A stretch of DNA of 64,000 nt from NCBI GenBank assembly GCA_965238075.1, contig OZ250173.1, forward strand, positions 1,728,001-1,792,000. Reading direction: 5' to 3'. Under the pieces are notes generated by a model. It searched no databases. It was not told the DNA's origin and saw nothing but the letters and a program-made list of their open reading frames with translations. Below are positions 13,897 through 23,428 of the stretch, piece after piece; within the stretch, counting starts at the first letter, position 1; the number at the start of each line of letters is the position of its first letter. The position numbers and the translations under genes were made by a program. Source of the DNA: Candidatus Entotheonellaceae bacterium. GTDB lineage: Bacteria > Tectomicrobia > Entotheonellia > Entotheonellales > Entotheonellaceae.

Positions 13897-15492
13897 TCAC
13901 GCCGGGCTTGCCTGTCTCCGGGGCCGGCTGGCCAGCCGCCGCACGACAATCCACGCCATGGGCAGACAGGCCAGGAGGAACGCCACGCCAATCATCAGAA
14001 AGCTGTCGCGGAAGCCCGCGGCAACGGCCTCCAGGTCCATCTGTTGCTTGATCGTCTTCAAGGCTCCCCAATCCGCGTTTCCATCCATGATTCCGGCTCG
14101 ATTCAGGTAGCGCTTCACGTCGTCCAGGGCCGTCGTATGGGTGGGCGCCATGGCGTCGTATTCGTGGTAGCTCACCAATTGGTGCGCAGCGCGCTGCCGT
14201 TCAAAGAACACGCTGGTCACGGTGACCCCGAGGCTGGCGCCGATGTTGCGCGTGACGCCCATCAAGCCCTGGCCCATGCGCACGTCCTCTGGCGGCAGCA
14301 TCTGAACGTTGAGTGCCGTCAGCGAGGTGATGGTCGAAAACATGCAGGTGCGATACAGAATGATGTAGCCGATCAACACGCCGGCGGTCGTCAGCGTCGT
14401 AACCGTGGCGAAACTCATGAACACGCCGGTGAGCACCACGAACCCGACCGTGGCCATGACGGCAGGCGAAATCATGTCGTTGAGACGGCCGCTGACCACG
14501 CCGCTCAGTCCCGATACGATCAGCGCCGGCACGATGATCAGGCCAGCCTGTAATGGCGTGAACCCCATCACCTGCTGCAGAAAGATCGGCACCATGAATT
14601 GGGCGCCGAAAAGGCCGATCATATTGAAGAATGCCGTGACGCAGACGTTTCGAAGCCCGGCGCGGCGAAACAGCCGCAGGTTCACGGCGGGGAAACGGGT
14701 GAACAGTTCCCACAGGATGAACAGGCTGCCGCCGGACGCAGCGCCAATGCCCAGGAGCACGATGGTGGACACGGCGGTGCTGCGGTCCCGCGCCAGGCTG
14801 ATCGCCAGCAGCAGCGGTACCAGAAAGCCGCCCAGGAACGTGAGACCCAGGTAGTCGACCGGCTCGCGGCGCCCATCGCGTTGCTGCGGGAGCATCAGCC
14901 AACCCAACAGCACCGACAGGACGCCGGTGGGCAGGCCCATGAAGAAGATCAGGCGCCACGAGACGTGCTCAAGGAAGTAACCGCCCAAGGTGAACGAAAT
15001 GATGTGTCCGGCCGACCAGCCGACGGTGCGCAGCCCCAGCGCCAAGCCCCGCTGCCGGGCCGGAAACGTCTGTACCAGAATGACCGCCGTCAAGCCCTCC
15101 ATCGGTCCCAGCGCGGTACCTTGCAGCAGTCGGAAGAAAACCAGCATGGGCAGATTGGTAGCCAAGCCGCAGCCGATCGATGAAATGACGAAACCCGCCA
15201 TGATGGTCACGAACAGATTGCGGTTCCCCATGACTGCGCCGAGCCAGCCCAGCATGGGGATCATCAGCGTGCGGGCGATGAGAAAGCCGGTGGTGACCCA
15301 TTGCGTGGTCGCCAAGTCCGTGCCAAACGCCGCCATCAGCCTGGGAATGGCCAGATTCACGCTGTTGCCGGCGAACGTCTGGGTTCCCCCTGCCACCAGG
15401 ACGATAGCGGCCACCAACCACTTGTAGCTCGGCGCTTCGGTATCCAGCGCCAATACGGTAGAGGCGCGCGCGCCTTCTACGGATCTTGCCAT
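13897..15492 (-). CDS. DHA2 (EmrB/QacA-like) MFS transporter
   Basis: About 14 hydrophobic segments; VNLAIP, QWVTTGF, FRLLQG, SWRLIFF, NLRLF. Confidence 0.9.
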   Translation of the reverse strand: MARSVEGARASTVLALDTEAPSYKWLVAAIVLVAGGTQTFAGNSVNLAIPRLMAAFGTDLATTQWVTTGFLIARTLMIPMLGWLGAVMGNRNLFVTIMAGFVISSIGCGLATNLPMLVFFRLLQGTALGPMEGLTAVILVQTFPARQRGLALGLRTVGWSAGHIISFTLGGYFLEHVSWRLIFFMGLPTGVLSVLLGWLMLPQQRDGRREPVDYLGLTFLGGFLVPLLLAISLARDRSTAVSTIVLLGIGAASGGSLFILWELFTRFPAVNLRLFRRAGLRNVCVTAFFNMIGLFGAQFMVPIFLQQVMGFTPLQAGLIIVPALIVSGLSGVVSGRLNDMISPAVMATVGFVVLTGVFMSFATVTTLTTAGVLIGYIILYRTCMFSTITSLTALNVQMLPPEDVRMGQGLMGVTRNIGASLGVTVTSVFFERQRAAHQLVSYHEYDAMAPTHTTALDDVKRYLNRAGIMDGNADWGALKTIKQQMDLEAVAAGFRDSFLMIGVAFLLACLPMAWIVVRRLASRPRRQASPA

Positions 15493-15689
15493 TTTCGATT
15501 CTCTTTCCGGCCCGGTTCTGACATCAAGATATGAAGCAGTGTAACCGAATCAGCGAGCCGAGCGTCGGTCTGAGGCCTCCGGTTTGTGCTATGGTAATGC
15601 TATTGGCGTTTTGAGGATATTGACGAGTTGCGGTTGCCCGCGCTGGACGATGACACCATCATTGGCGGTTTATGGGGAGAGAAAACGAA

Positions 15690-16895
15690 ATGGCCACGAC
15701 GCATCTTGACTATGCCAGTCTGTTCGCCAAAAACGCACCCGAAGGGGCAACATCTTGGGGTGGATTTCCGACCTACAACTTCGTCGGCGGCCATAACAAC
15801 CCCGAGACGATGCCCGTTGAAGACTTCGTCGAATCCTCCGCCCGCGTGTTGAGGCAGGAAGGCCAAAACCTGGCGACCTACAACATGGAAAGCGGCCCCC
15901 AAGGCTACACCGGGCTGCGCGGATTCCTCGTTGAGAAACTGGCCCACTATCGCGGCCTGCGGGCGCCCGATGAAAATATCCTGATCACATCGGGCTCCAA
16001 CCAGGGCATCGAGCTCATCAACGAAGTCCTGCTGGAACCCGGCGACACCGTGATCGCCGAGCTCTTCACGTATCAAGGCGTGGTGGGCCGGTGGCGCAAG
16101 CTGCAGGTGAACGTGGTCGGCATTCCGCTGGACGAAGACGGCATGCGCATGGACGCCTTGGCCTCAACGCTCGCTGATCTTCGCAGCAACGGCGTCAAGC
16201 CCAAATTCATCTACACCATTCCCACCCTGCAAAACCCCACCGGCACGGTGCTCAGCCTGGAACGACGACACGAGATGCTGCGGCTCAGCCGGGAGTACGG
16301 GGTGCCGATCTTCGAGGATGAATGCTACGCCGATCTGATCTGGGAAGGCGAATGGCCGCCGGCCATCTGCGGTCTGGACGACAGCCACCACGTCCTGCAC
16401 ATCGGCTCCTTCTCCAAATCCCTGTCGCCCGCCCTGCGCCTTGGCTACGTCGTGGCGCCGTGGCAGGTGCTGAGCCGCATGCTGGCTTGCAAGACGGACG
16501 GCGGAACCGGCGCGCTGGGGCAAATGGTGGTGGCGGACTTTTTCCAGAACCACTACGAGGAGCACATGGACAAGTTGCGGACAAGCCTGAAGGTTCGATT
16601 GCAGACGCTGGCCGACGCCCTCGTCGAGCACTTCGGCTCGTCCGTCGAATTCCAGGCGCCGCGCGGCGGCATGTTCCTGTGGGTCAAGTTTCCGCCGGAG
16701 GTAGACACCCTGAAGTTGGCAGGTCCGGCGCTGGAGGCCGGTATTGCATACAATCCCGGGCCTGAGTGGGCCGTGGAACCCGACGCGGCACGCAACTACC
16801 TGCGGCTGTGTTACGCCCTGCCGTCCGAGCAGCTCATCAGGGATGGGATTGCCAAGCTGGCGCAAGTCTTCCGGCGGGAGGCGGGCATCCCCTGA
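15690..16895 (+). CDS. PLP-dependent aminotransferase, class I/II (LysN/MocR-like)
   Basis: ITSGSNQG, YTIPTLQNPTG, EDECY, GSFSKSLSPALRLG. Confidence 0.9.
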   Translation: MATTHLDYASLFAKNAPEGATSWGGFPTYNFVGGHNNPETMPVEDFVESSARVLRQEGQNLATYNMESGPQGYTGLRGFLVEKLAHYRGLRAPDENILITSGSNQGIELINEVLLEPGDTVIAELFTYQGVVGRWRKLQVNVVGIPLDEDGMRMDALASTLADLRSNGVKPKFIYTIPTLQNPTGTVLSLERRHEMLRLSREYGVPIFEDECYADLIWEGEWPPAICGLDDSHHVLHIGSFSKSLSPALRLGYVVAPWQVLSRMLACKTDGGTGALGQMVVADFFQNHYEEHMDKLRTSLKVRLQTLADALVEHFGSSVEFQAPRGGMFLWVKFPPEVDTLKLAGPALEAGIAYNPGPEWAVEPDAARNYLRLCYALPSEQLIRDGIAKLAQVFRREAGIP

Positions 16896-16930
16896 CGGCG
16901 CCGGCGGCTTGCGCCGCGGGCCGTCCGACG

Positions 16931-17338
16931 CTATTCGTAGACCATCCATTCCAGTAGGTTGTCGTCCGGGTCGCGGGCATACAGGCTCAACGACGGCGCT
17001 TTGCCGCGACCGCGCCCACCCGAACGCGGCACCGGGCCTTCGATGATCGTGACGCCCGCTTCTTCCAACATGCGCTGGCAATCGGTCACGCTGCCTTCCC
17101 ACACGAAGCAAATGTCCGTGCAGCCGGGCACCGCCGTCGGCCCCCGCAGCCCGGCGGTAAACCCTTCGGGGTGCACGTTGATTTTCGACTCTCCCACCTG
17201 GAGCGAGAAAATCGGCATCGTGCCGGCCCGCCATTCCGCCTCATTGTTGATGGGAAAACCAAGGCCCTTGTAAAACGCGAGCAATGCCTCAGCGTCTGCT
17301 GTCGGCATGGCGATGTGATCGATTCCAACGGTTGCCAT
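16931..17338 (-). CDS. VOC/glyoxalase family protein
   Basis: GIDHIA, FYKGLGF, DICFVW, EGPVPRSG, SLYARDPDDNLLE. Confidence 0.88.
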   Translation of the reverse strand: MATVGIDHIAMPTADAEALLAFYKGLGFPINNEAEWRAGTMPIFSLQVGESKINVHPEGFTAGLRGPTAVPGCTDICFVWEGSVTDCQRMLEEAGVTIIEGPVPRSGGRGRGKAPSLSLYARDPDDNLLEWMVYE

Positions 17339-17380
17339 TGCAATCCCCCCTTTGCTGTGTCGCCTGATCGATTGCAGGCG

Positions 17381-20300
17381 TTACGTCAGAGCCGCCAAAG
17401 CCGTTTCCACGTTGTTCATCTGTTCCTTACACGTCGCCAGGCGGTCGCGCTCTTTCTGCACGACCTCCGGGCTCGCTTTGCTGAGAAACTGCTCGTTCGC
17501 CAGCTTGCGCTGCGAGCCGGCGATGCGACCGCGAAGCTGATCCCGCTGTTTGGTCAGACGGTCGCGCTCCTTTGTCATGTCAATCACACCCGGGACATAA
17601 ACCTCAACACCGCCCACCACGGCGGTGGCGGCATCCGGGGTGCGTTGGATGTCGGGCGAGATGTCGACGGCGTCAAGGCGCGCCATGTTCATGAGCAGGT
17701 CGGTCACACCCCGCAGTATTTCAGCGTCGGCTTCATTAGCCCGAATATGGGCGGAAATCCTAGCCTGCGGCGGAATCGTATATTTGCTGCGCAAGTCACG
17801 AATGCCGCGTACGACTTCCTGCAGAAACGCGATACGCGCCTCGACAGCGGCGTTCCGCCAAGCCACTTCTGAGGTGGGCCAGGGCGCATGGATCAACAGC
17901 GGCGTGGCCGCCAACGGCTCGTCGATGCCACGCTGCGGCGCTTGCTCGTTGAGGGCTTCCCAAAGACGCTCGGTCAGGTACGGCACAAACGGGTGAAAGA
18001 GACGCAAAACCTGATCGATGGTCATCGCCAAGACCTGCTGGGCAACACCGGCCTGAGCAGCGTCGCGCAAGCGCGGCTTGATGAATTCGAGATACCAATC
18101 GCACAACTCGCCCCAGAAGAAATCCCGCGCTGCCCATAACGCGGCTGCCGGATTATAGGACGATAGGTGGCCGTGCACGGTCTCGACCGCGCGAGAAAGC
18201 CGCGACAGGATCCAGCGATCCTCGGCAGCGAGATCATCGATCTGCAAGGGCTGAAAGGCCGCATCGGTCAGATTCATGAGAGCAAAGCGCACGGCGTTCA
18301 AGAGCTTGTTGCAAAAATTGCGTCCTGCCTCGAAGCGCTCGCTCACCAGCTTGGCCGCCGGCACCTCGGGCATGGTGCCGAGCACGTCAAACTCCTTGCC
18401 CGTTGCCGGACACAGATAGGTAAAAATGCTCTGCCCGTGCTGCGCCGTGGCCAGGTCGATGAAGTCGCCCGTATACGGCGAGATCGCTTGCACCGGCAGG
18501 CGGATATCCTGCATGCCGGTCTGCATGTCGCACAGCACATAGCGCATGGCGTCGGCGCCGTAGCGTTCAATGATGTCCACGGGGTCGATGCCGTTGCCCT
18601 TGGACTTGCTCATCCGCTCGCCCTTGCCGTCCAGGATATTGGCGTGGATGAACACGTCGGTGAACGGCACGTCGCCCATGTTGTAAAGGCCCATGATCAC
18701 CATGCGGGCCACCCACAGGGTGATGATGTCGCGCCCGGTGACAAGGCATGAGCCGGGGTAGTAATAGGACAGGGTGTCGGGAAAGCCGTTCTGGCTTCGC
18801 ATGGGTGGCTGGCCGGCGTTGACCTCAGCGGTTTCCGGGTCGGGCCACCCGAGGGTGCTTTGCGGCCACAGACCGCTGGAAAACCAGGTATCGAGCACGT
18901 CCGGGTCCTGCGTCAGCCCCTGATCGGCGCATATCTGGACCAACGCCGTCTCAGCTTCGAGGTCTCGCAGGCAAGCCATGACTTCCACTTCGCTGCCCGC
19001 GGCGAAGGATTCGGGTAGGCCGCGTGCGTCGTCGGAAGTTTGCAGCACGACGTTCGCCCCGTTGGCATCGACTAGGCGCAAGCACAGGTCGCCCCGCTCG
19101 AGATGCGGCGTGAGGGCGCTCAAAACATCCTGCAGAGCGCTGCCCGTGAACGTGCCGGTCCACACCGGAATGCGATGCCCCCACCAAAGCTGGCGGCTGA
19201 TACACCAATCCCGCTTTTCGCCCAGCCATTGCAGATAGGTGTTGCCGTAGCGCACCGGGTCGGGGTGGAAGCTGACGTTGCGGCCGGTCGGCGAACGCCA
19301 GTCGCCCCCCGTTCGGGCCGGGGGCAGGCTCTGCGCCGCATCCATCGCCGCCTGCGCCAAGCCCGGCGCCGCAAAGGCGTTCGGCGTGCCGCGCCCACAG
19401 ACGATACCGCCGTCAACATCCCCCATTTTGACAAACCACTGTCTGGAGAGATAGGGCTCGATAGGTGTCTTGGAGCGGTCCGAGTGGCCGATCTCGATGT
19501 CGCGCGCCTCCCTGGCTTCTAGCAGATCGCGCGCCTGCAAATCCGCCGTCACGCGCTCGCGGGCCACGAAGCGGTCCAGCCCTCCGTAGGGCCCGGCATT
19601 GGCGTTCAGTGTGCCGTCTTCATTGAGGATATTGATGCGGTCGATCTCGTCCTGATGCCGCGTCCATACGTCATAGTCGTTCGGGTCGTGCGCCGGGGTG
19701 ATCTTCACGCAGCCGCTGCCGAGTTCGGGCTTGACCCACTCGTCGCAAATCAGCGGTATGGGACGGTCCAGCAGGGGCAGGCGCGCTTGGCGACCCTCCC
19801 GAGCCATACGAACCAGGGCGAGCAGCGTGGGCAGATGGCTCGCCTGCCGCTCTTCGAGTCGGGCCACCTCCTCCGCCAGAGCGGCTTGCTCGCGCGGCGG
19901 CGCCTGTTCCAGACGGCGCTGCGTCTCGGCGATGCGGGCCGCGAGAACGCCCGCCGGATCGGGATGACAGGCCACCGCGGTGTCGCCGAGCATGGTTTCC
20001 GGGCGCGTCGTGGCTACCACCACGTGGGTCGGCTCGCCCGGCTGCGGGTCCACGATCGGATACCGTAGATAGTAGAAATGGCCTTGCACGGCCTCGTAGA
20101 CGATCTCGTCATCGGCGACGGCCGTTTGCAGTTGACAGTCCCAATTGACCAGCCGATGACCGCGGAAAATCAGGCCGTCGCGGAACATCGCAAAGAACGT
20201 CCAGCGCACGGCATGCGCGCACACCGGGTCCATGGTGAAGCGCTGGCGGTCCCAGTCGCACGAGCAGCCCATGCTTTGCTGCTGTTGGACGATGCGTTTC

Positions 20301-20677
20301 TGGTACTGGTCTTTCCAATCCCAAATGCGTTTTTCCAGCCCGGCGCGCCCCACGTCGTGGCGCGTCTTGCCCTCCAGTTCCAGGAGACGTTTCTCCACGA
20401 CAGCCTGGGTTGCGATGCCAGCGTGATCGGTGCCGGGCATCCACAGCGTGTTGTCGCCCATCATGCGGTGCCAGCGAGTCAGCAGATCCTGCATGACGTT
20501 GTCCATGGCATGACCCATGTGCAGGGCGCCGGTGACGTTGGGCAACGGCATCATGATGACGTAAGGATTCGCGTTGTCATCCGGGAACGCTGCAAACGCC
20601 TTAGCATTCTGCCAGCGGTCGAAGATACGCTTTTCGATCTCGGCGGGCTCGTATTGCTTGGGTAGCTCACTGGGCAT
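17381..20677 (-). CDS. valS: Valine--tRNA ligase, long form with several insertions
   Basis: PNVTGALHMGH, GTDHAGIATQ, ATTRPET, DWCISRQLWWGHRIP, DVLDTWFSS, RMSKS, C-terminal coiled coil; ATG at 20677. Confidence 0.97.
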   Translation of the reverse strand: MPSELPKQYEPAEIEKRIFDRWQNAKAFAAFPDDNANPYVIMMPLPNVTGALHMGHAMDNVMQDLLTRWHRMMGDNTLWMPGTDHAGIATQAVVEKRLLELEGKTRHDVGRAGLEKRIWDWKDQYQKRIVQQQQSMGCSCDWDRQRFTMDPVCAHAVRWTFFAMFRDGLIFRGHRLVNWDCQLQTAVADDEIVYEAVQGHFYYLRYPIVDPQPGEPTHVVVATTRPETMLGDTAVACHPDPAGVLAARIAETQRRLEQAPPREQAALAEEVARLEERQASHLPTLLALVRMAREGRQARLPLLDRPIPLICDEWVKPELGSGCVKITPAHDPNDYDVWTRHQDEIDRINILNEDGTLNANAGPYGGLDRFVARERVTADLQARDLLEAREARDIEIGHSDRSKTPIEPYLSRQWFVKMGDVDGGIVCGRGTPNAFAAPGLAQAAMDAAQSLPPARTGGDWRSPTGRNVSFHPDPVRYGNTYLQWLGEKRDWCISRQLWWGHRIPVWTGTFTGSALQDVLSALTPHLERGDLCLRLVDANGANVVLQTSDDARGLPESFAAGSEVEVMACLRDLEAETALVQICADQGLTQDPDVLDTWFSSGLWPQSTLGWPDPETAEVNAGQPPMRSQNGFPDTLSYYYPGSCLVTGRDIITLWVARMVIMGLYNMGDVPFTDVFIHANILDGKGERMSKSKGNGIDPVDIIERYGADAMRYVLCDMQTGMQDIRLPVQAISPYTGDFIDLATAQHGQSIFTYLCPATGKEFDVLGTMPEVPAAKLVSERFEAGRNFCNKLLNAVRFALMNLTDAAFQPLQIDDLAAEDRWILSRLSRAVETVHGHLSSYNPAAALWAARDFFWGELCDWYLEFIKPRLRDAAQAGVAQQVLAMTIDQVLRLFHPFVPYLTERLWEALNEQAPQRGIDEPLAATPLLIHAPWPTSEVAWRNAAVEARIAFLQEVVRGIRDLRSKYTIPPQARISAHIRANEADAEILRGVTDLLMNMARLDAVDISPDIQRTPDAATAVVGGVEVYVPGVIDMTKERDRLTKQRDQLRGRIAGSQRKLANEQFLSKASPEVVQKERDRLATCKEQMNNVETALAALT
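19307..19330. repeat. Family B 24-bp element (B4), in frame in valS
   Basis: Minus strand AGCCTGCCCCCGGCCCGAACGGGG = SLPPARTG, preceded by CAG and followed by G as in B1 and B3. Confidence 0.78.
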
Positions 20678-20699
20678 GGAACCGCCTTCCTTGAGGTTG

Positions 20700-20828
20700 G
20701 AAACCGTAGTGGAGCTTGGCTTGATCACCCGCTGGCGGTCGCCGGCGAGTCCTGTCGGGGCTGGAAAGCCGGGGTATTCTAGCCCTGCCGAAACGAGCAC
20801 GCAACTCACCGGAGCCTCCCGGGACGGC
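20700..20828 (-). other. Candidate structured RNA in the valS leader
   Basis: Minus strand CCGGUGAGUU pairs with GACUCGCCGG, enclosing GGGCUAGAA/UUCCAGCCC; no family recognised. Confidence 0.35.
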
Positions 20829-20979
20829 GTTAATGGCGCCTTTGCCAGCGGCTTGCAGTGGAAATATGAATATGCAACACTTGTCGCTTAGTTTTACATT
20901 TTGATCAGTACACAACCCCTTCGATTATAGGCGCTTTGGCGTCGAATCGCTGTGGGGTGTGATTTCGCCGAACGTCGAA

Positions 20980-21054
20980 GGTGGGCGTAGCTCAGCTTGG
21001 TAGAGCACTGGATTGTGGCTCCAGTGGTCGTGGGTTCAAATCCCATCGCTCACC
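20980..21054 (+). tRNA. tRNA-His(GUG)
   Basis: G-1, acceptor GTGGGCG/CGCTCAC, CTGGA-TTGTGGC-TCCAG arm, GGTTCAAATCC; CCA not encoded. Confidence 0.95.
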
Positions 21055-21157
21055 TTCAACCAGCGTACTTTGCTCCTCAAGGCGTGCCGCGAAGGCGTAT
21101 TGGCGGGGTCGGGTCGCATTGCGGGATGCGGTGCCCAGCGAGTCGGAAACAAGAACT

Positions 21158-21230
21158 GGGCCGCTAGCTCAATTGGTAGAGCAACGGACTCTTAATCCGT
21201 CGGTTGAAGGTTCGATTCCTTCGCGGCTCA
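21158..21230 (+). tRNA. tRNA-Lys(CUU)
   Basis: GGGCCGC/GCGGCTC acceptor, ACGGA-CTCTTAA-TCCGT, GGTTCGATTCC. Confidence 0.96.
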
Positions 21231-21235
21231 TTATC

Positions 21236-21319
21236 GGCTGCCTGGTGAAATTGGTAGACACGCTGGCCTTAGGAGCCAGTACCCTCACAGGTGTCCGAGT
21301 TCGAGTCTCGGGGCAGCCA
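21236..21319 (+). tRNA. tRNA-Leu(UAG)
   Basis: GGCTGCC/GGCAGCC acceptor, CTGGC-CTTAGGA-GCCAG, long variable arm, T arm CCGAG-TTCGAGT-CTCGG. Confidence 0.93.
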
Positions 21320-21371
21320 TTCCAAGACACCCGCGCAGAGAGGGCAAGCGCGTCATTGGGAATAGCCAGCG

Positions 21372-22706
21372 ATGAAAGTTGAAGTCGAGCAAACAAACCC
21401 TTGCGAACGGCGTTTAACGATCGAAATGCCGGTGGAGCGGGTGCAACGGGAGATGAACGCGATCTACGGGGGCCTTCAGAAGCGTGTCAAAGTCCCAGGA
21501 TTTCGGCAGGGCAAGGTCCCCCGATCCATATTGGAAAACCACTATCACCACAGCGTGGAACAGGAAATCCTGCAGAAGCTGATTCCCGAAGCGCTTTCCG
21601 AGGCCATGACGCAAGAAAACTTGCAGGCGGTTAGCGAGCCGCAGATCGACCATGTCGACTTGGCCAAAGATCGCCCCTTCCAGTTCGTGGCAACCACGCA
21701 AATTATCCCCGAAATTGTGCTGTCCGATTACAGTTCCTGGACCTTCACCCGGCACGTCCCGCCCGTTACGGATGAGCAACTCGAACAAGCGATGCAGCAG
21801 TTGCGCGAGCGCCATGCGGAGTTGCGCACGGTGAGCGGACGGGCTGTGCACGAGCACGACTTTGTCATTGCTGACTATCAGGGCACTTTTGAGGGCACTG
21901 ACATTCCCGCCATACACGGCACCAATGCGACGCTGGAAGTAGGCGCCGGGCAGGTGCTGCCGGAGATCGAGCAAGGGGTTGTCGGGATGATGGAAGGCGA
22001 AGAAAAGAACATCCCGATTACGCTTCCTGAAGACTACCGCGACGCCGCCTTGGCGGGCAGAATCATTGAAATTCGCCTCACGGCGGTTGAGCTCAAAGAG
22101 AAAGTCTTGCCGAACCTGGATGACGAATTTGCGCGTGCCTACGAAGACGCCGACTCGTTGGACTTCTTGCGAGAGCGTCTGCGGTCCGATGTCGAAGCCG
22201 CCATCGGCGAGCGCGCCGACGCCGAGGTGCGGGCGGACATTCTCAAACGGTTGGTGGACGAGAACACGTTTGAAGTGCCGGAGGTTCTCGTGCATGACCA
22301 GATGCGCCGTGCCTATCTGCAAGGAATACGCGCCGTGAAGGGCGGCCAATTGGACGAGGCCGATTTCAACGTAGACGTGGCGGCTATGGATGAAACGTTT
22401 AGCACGCAGGCGCGCGAGATGGTGCGCGGGCAGTTGATTTTGCGGCATATTGGTGCCCAGGCTGGCATAACTGTCACACCGGAAGAAGTGGATGCCGAGA
22501 TTGCCAGATTGGCAAACCGCATGGCACAAAATCCAGAGGCCCTGAAGCAGACGCTGCAGCGTAATGGCACTCTGGTCGGTATCGAAAATGGTCTGCAGGA
22601 CGACAAAATCTTCGCGTCCATCCTGGCCGATGTGCAGGTGTCCGACAGCGCCGCCGAACGGGCAACCACGACGGAAACGTCAGCGGTGTCGCCGTCCGAG
22701 GCCTAG
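21372..22706 (+). CDS. tig: Trigger factor
   Basis: [10 protein letters not shown] ribosome-binding motif; tRNA-Leu-tig-clpP-clpX synteny. Confidence 0.95.
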   Translation: MKVEVEQTNPCERRLTIEMPVERVQREMNAIYGGLQKRVKVPGFRQGKVPRSILENHYHHSVEQEILQKLIPEALSEAMTQENLQAVSEPQIDHVDLAKDRPFQFVATTQIIPEIVLSDYSSWTFTRHVPPVTDEQLEQAMQQLRERHAELRTVSGRAVHEHDFVIADYQGTFEGTDIPAIHGTNATLEVGAGQVLPEIEQGVVGMMEGEEKNIPITLPEDYRDAALAGRIIEIRLTAVELKEKVLPNLDDEFARAYEDADSLDFLRERLRSDVEAAIGERADAEVRADILKRLVDENTFEVPEVLVHDQMRRAYLQGIRAVKGGQLDEADFNVDVAAMDETFSTQAREMVRGQLILRHIGAQAGITVTPEEVDAEIARLANRMAQNPEALKQTLQRNGTLVGIENGLQDDKIFASILADVQVSDSAAERATTTETSAVSPSEA

Positions 22707-22749
22707 CCGACGCGGGAACGGCGCAAATGGAGGAGGCAAAGGAAGTAAC

Positions 22750-23388
22750 ATGGCGTTGATACCAATGGTAGTCGAACAGACCAATCGCGGCGAGCGAGCG
22801 TATGACATTTACTCGCGGCTTCTCAAGGATCGCATCATTTTCATTGGCTCACCGATTAGTGATGCAATCGCGAATCTCATCATTGCGCAGTTGCTCTTTC
22901 TGGAAGCAGATGATCCCGACCAAGACATCGCCTTTTACATCAACAGCCCCGGGGGTTCGGTCACGGCGGGTTTGGCAATCTACGATACCATGCAATACAT
23001 CCGCCCCGATGTATCCACCATTTGCATCGGCATGGCGGCGAGTGCTGCAGCCCTGCTGCTAACGGCCGGATGCACCGGCAAGCGGTATGCCCTGCCGCAT
23101 TCGACCGTCATGATTCACCAGCCCATGGGAGGCATGCAGGGTCAGGCCACCGACATTGAGATCCATGCCCGCGAAATTCTCCGTGTCCGCAGTGTGCTCA
23201 ACGACATTCTGGTACGCCATACGGGACAGCCGCAGAGCAAGATTGAAGAGGATACCGACAGGGATCGCTTTATGACGCCGGACGAGGCGCGGACCTATGG
23301 GCTCATTGACGAAGTGATCGTAGCGCGCAACGGCAAGGCGGTAGCGCTGCCCGATGGGGCGGCGGATAATTCGGACTCGGAGTCCTAG
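22750..23388 (+). CDS. clpP: Clp protease proteolytic subunit
   Basis: [39 protein letters not shown] after GGAAG. Confidence 0.97.
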   Translation: MALIPMVVEQTNRGERAYDIYSRLLKDRIIFIGSPISDAIANLIIAQLLFLEADDPDQDIAFYINSPGGSVTAGLAIYDTMQYIRPDVSTICIGMAASAAALLLTAGCTGKRYALPHSTVMIHQPMGGMQGQATDIEIHAREILRVRSVLNDILVRHTGQPQSKIEEDTDRDRFMTPDEARTYGLIDEVIVARNGKAVALPDGAADNSDSES

Positions 23389-23428
23389 AGGTCGGTTGCA
23401 CGATATTCCATGACATTGGAGGGCACTG

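Noticed and set aside
20678-20809. N-terminal extension of ValS
   Set aside because: Homology begins at MPSELPKQY, which has an AAGGAAGG SD; the upstream region looks like a leader.
20700-20828. Assignment as T-box, SRP RNA or a known riboswitch
   Set aside because: No GGTGGNACCGCG T-box, no SRP CAGG..GGAAGCAG motif and no riboswitch consensus I recognise; kept only as an unassigned candidate.
21055-21157. Possible extra tRNA between His and Lys
   Set aside because: Only a single hairpin (GGGTCGCATT/GATGCGGTGCCC); no T-arm or cloverleaf.
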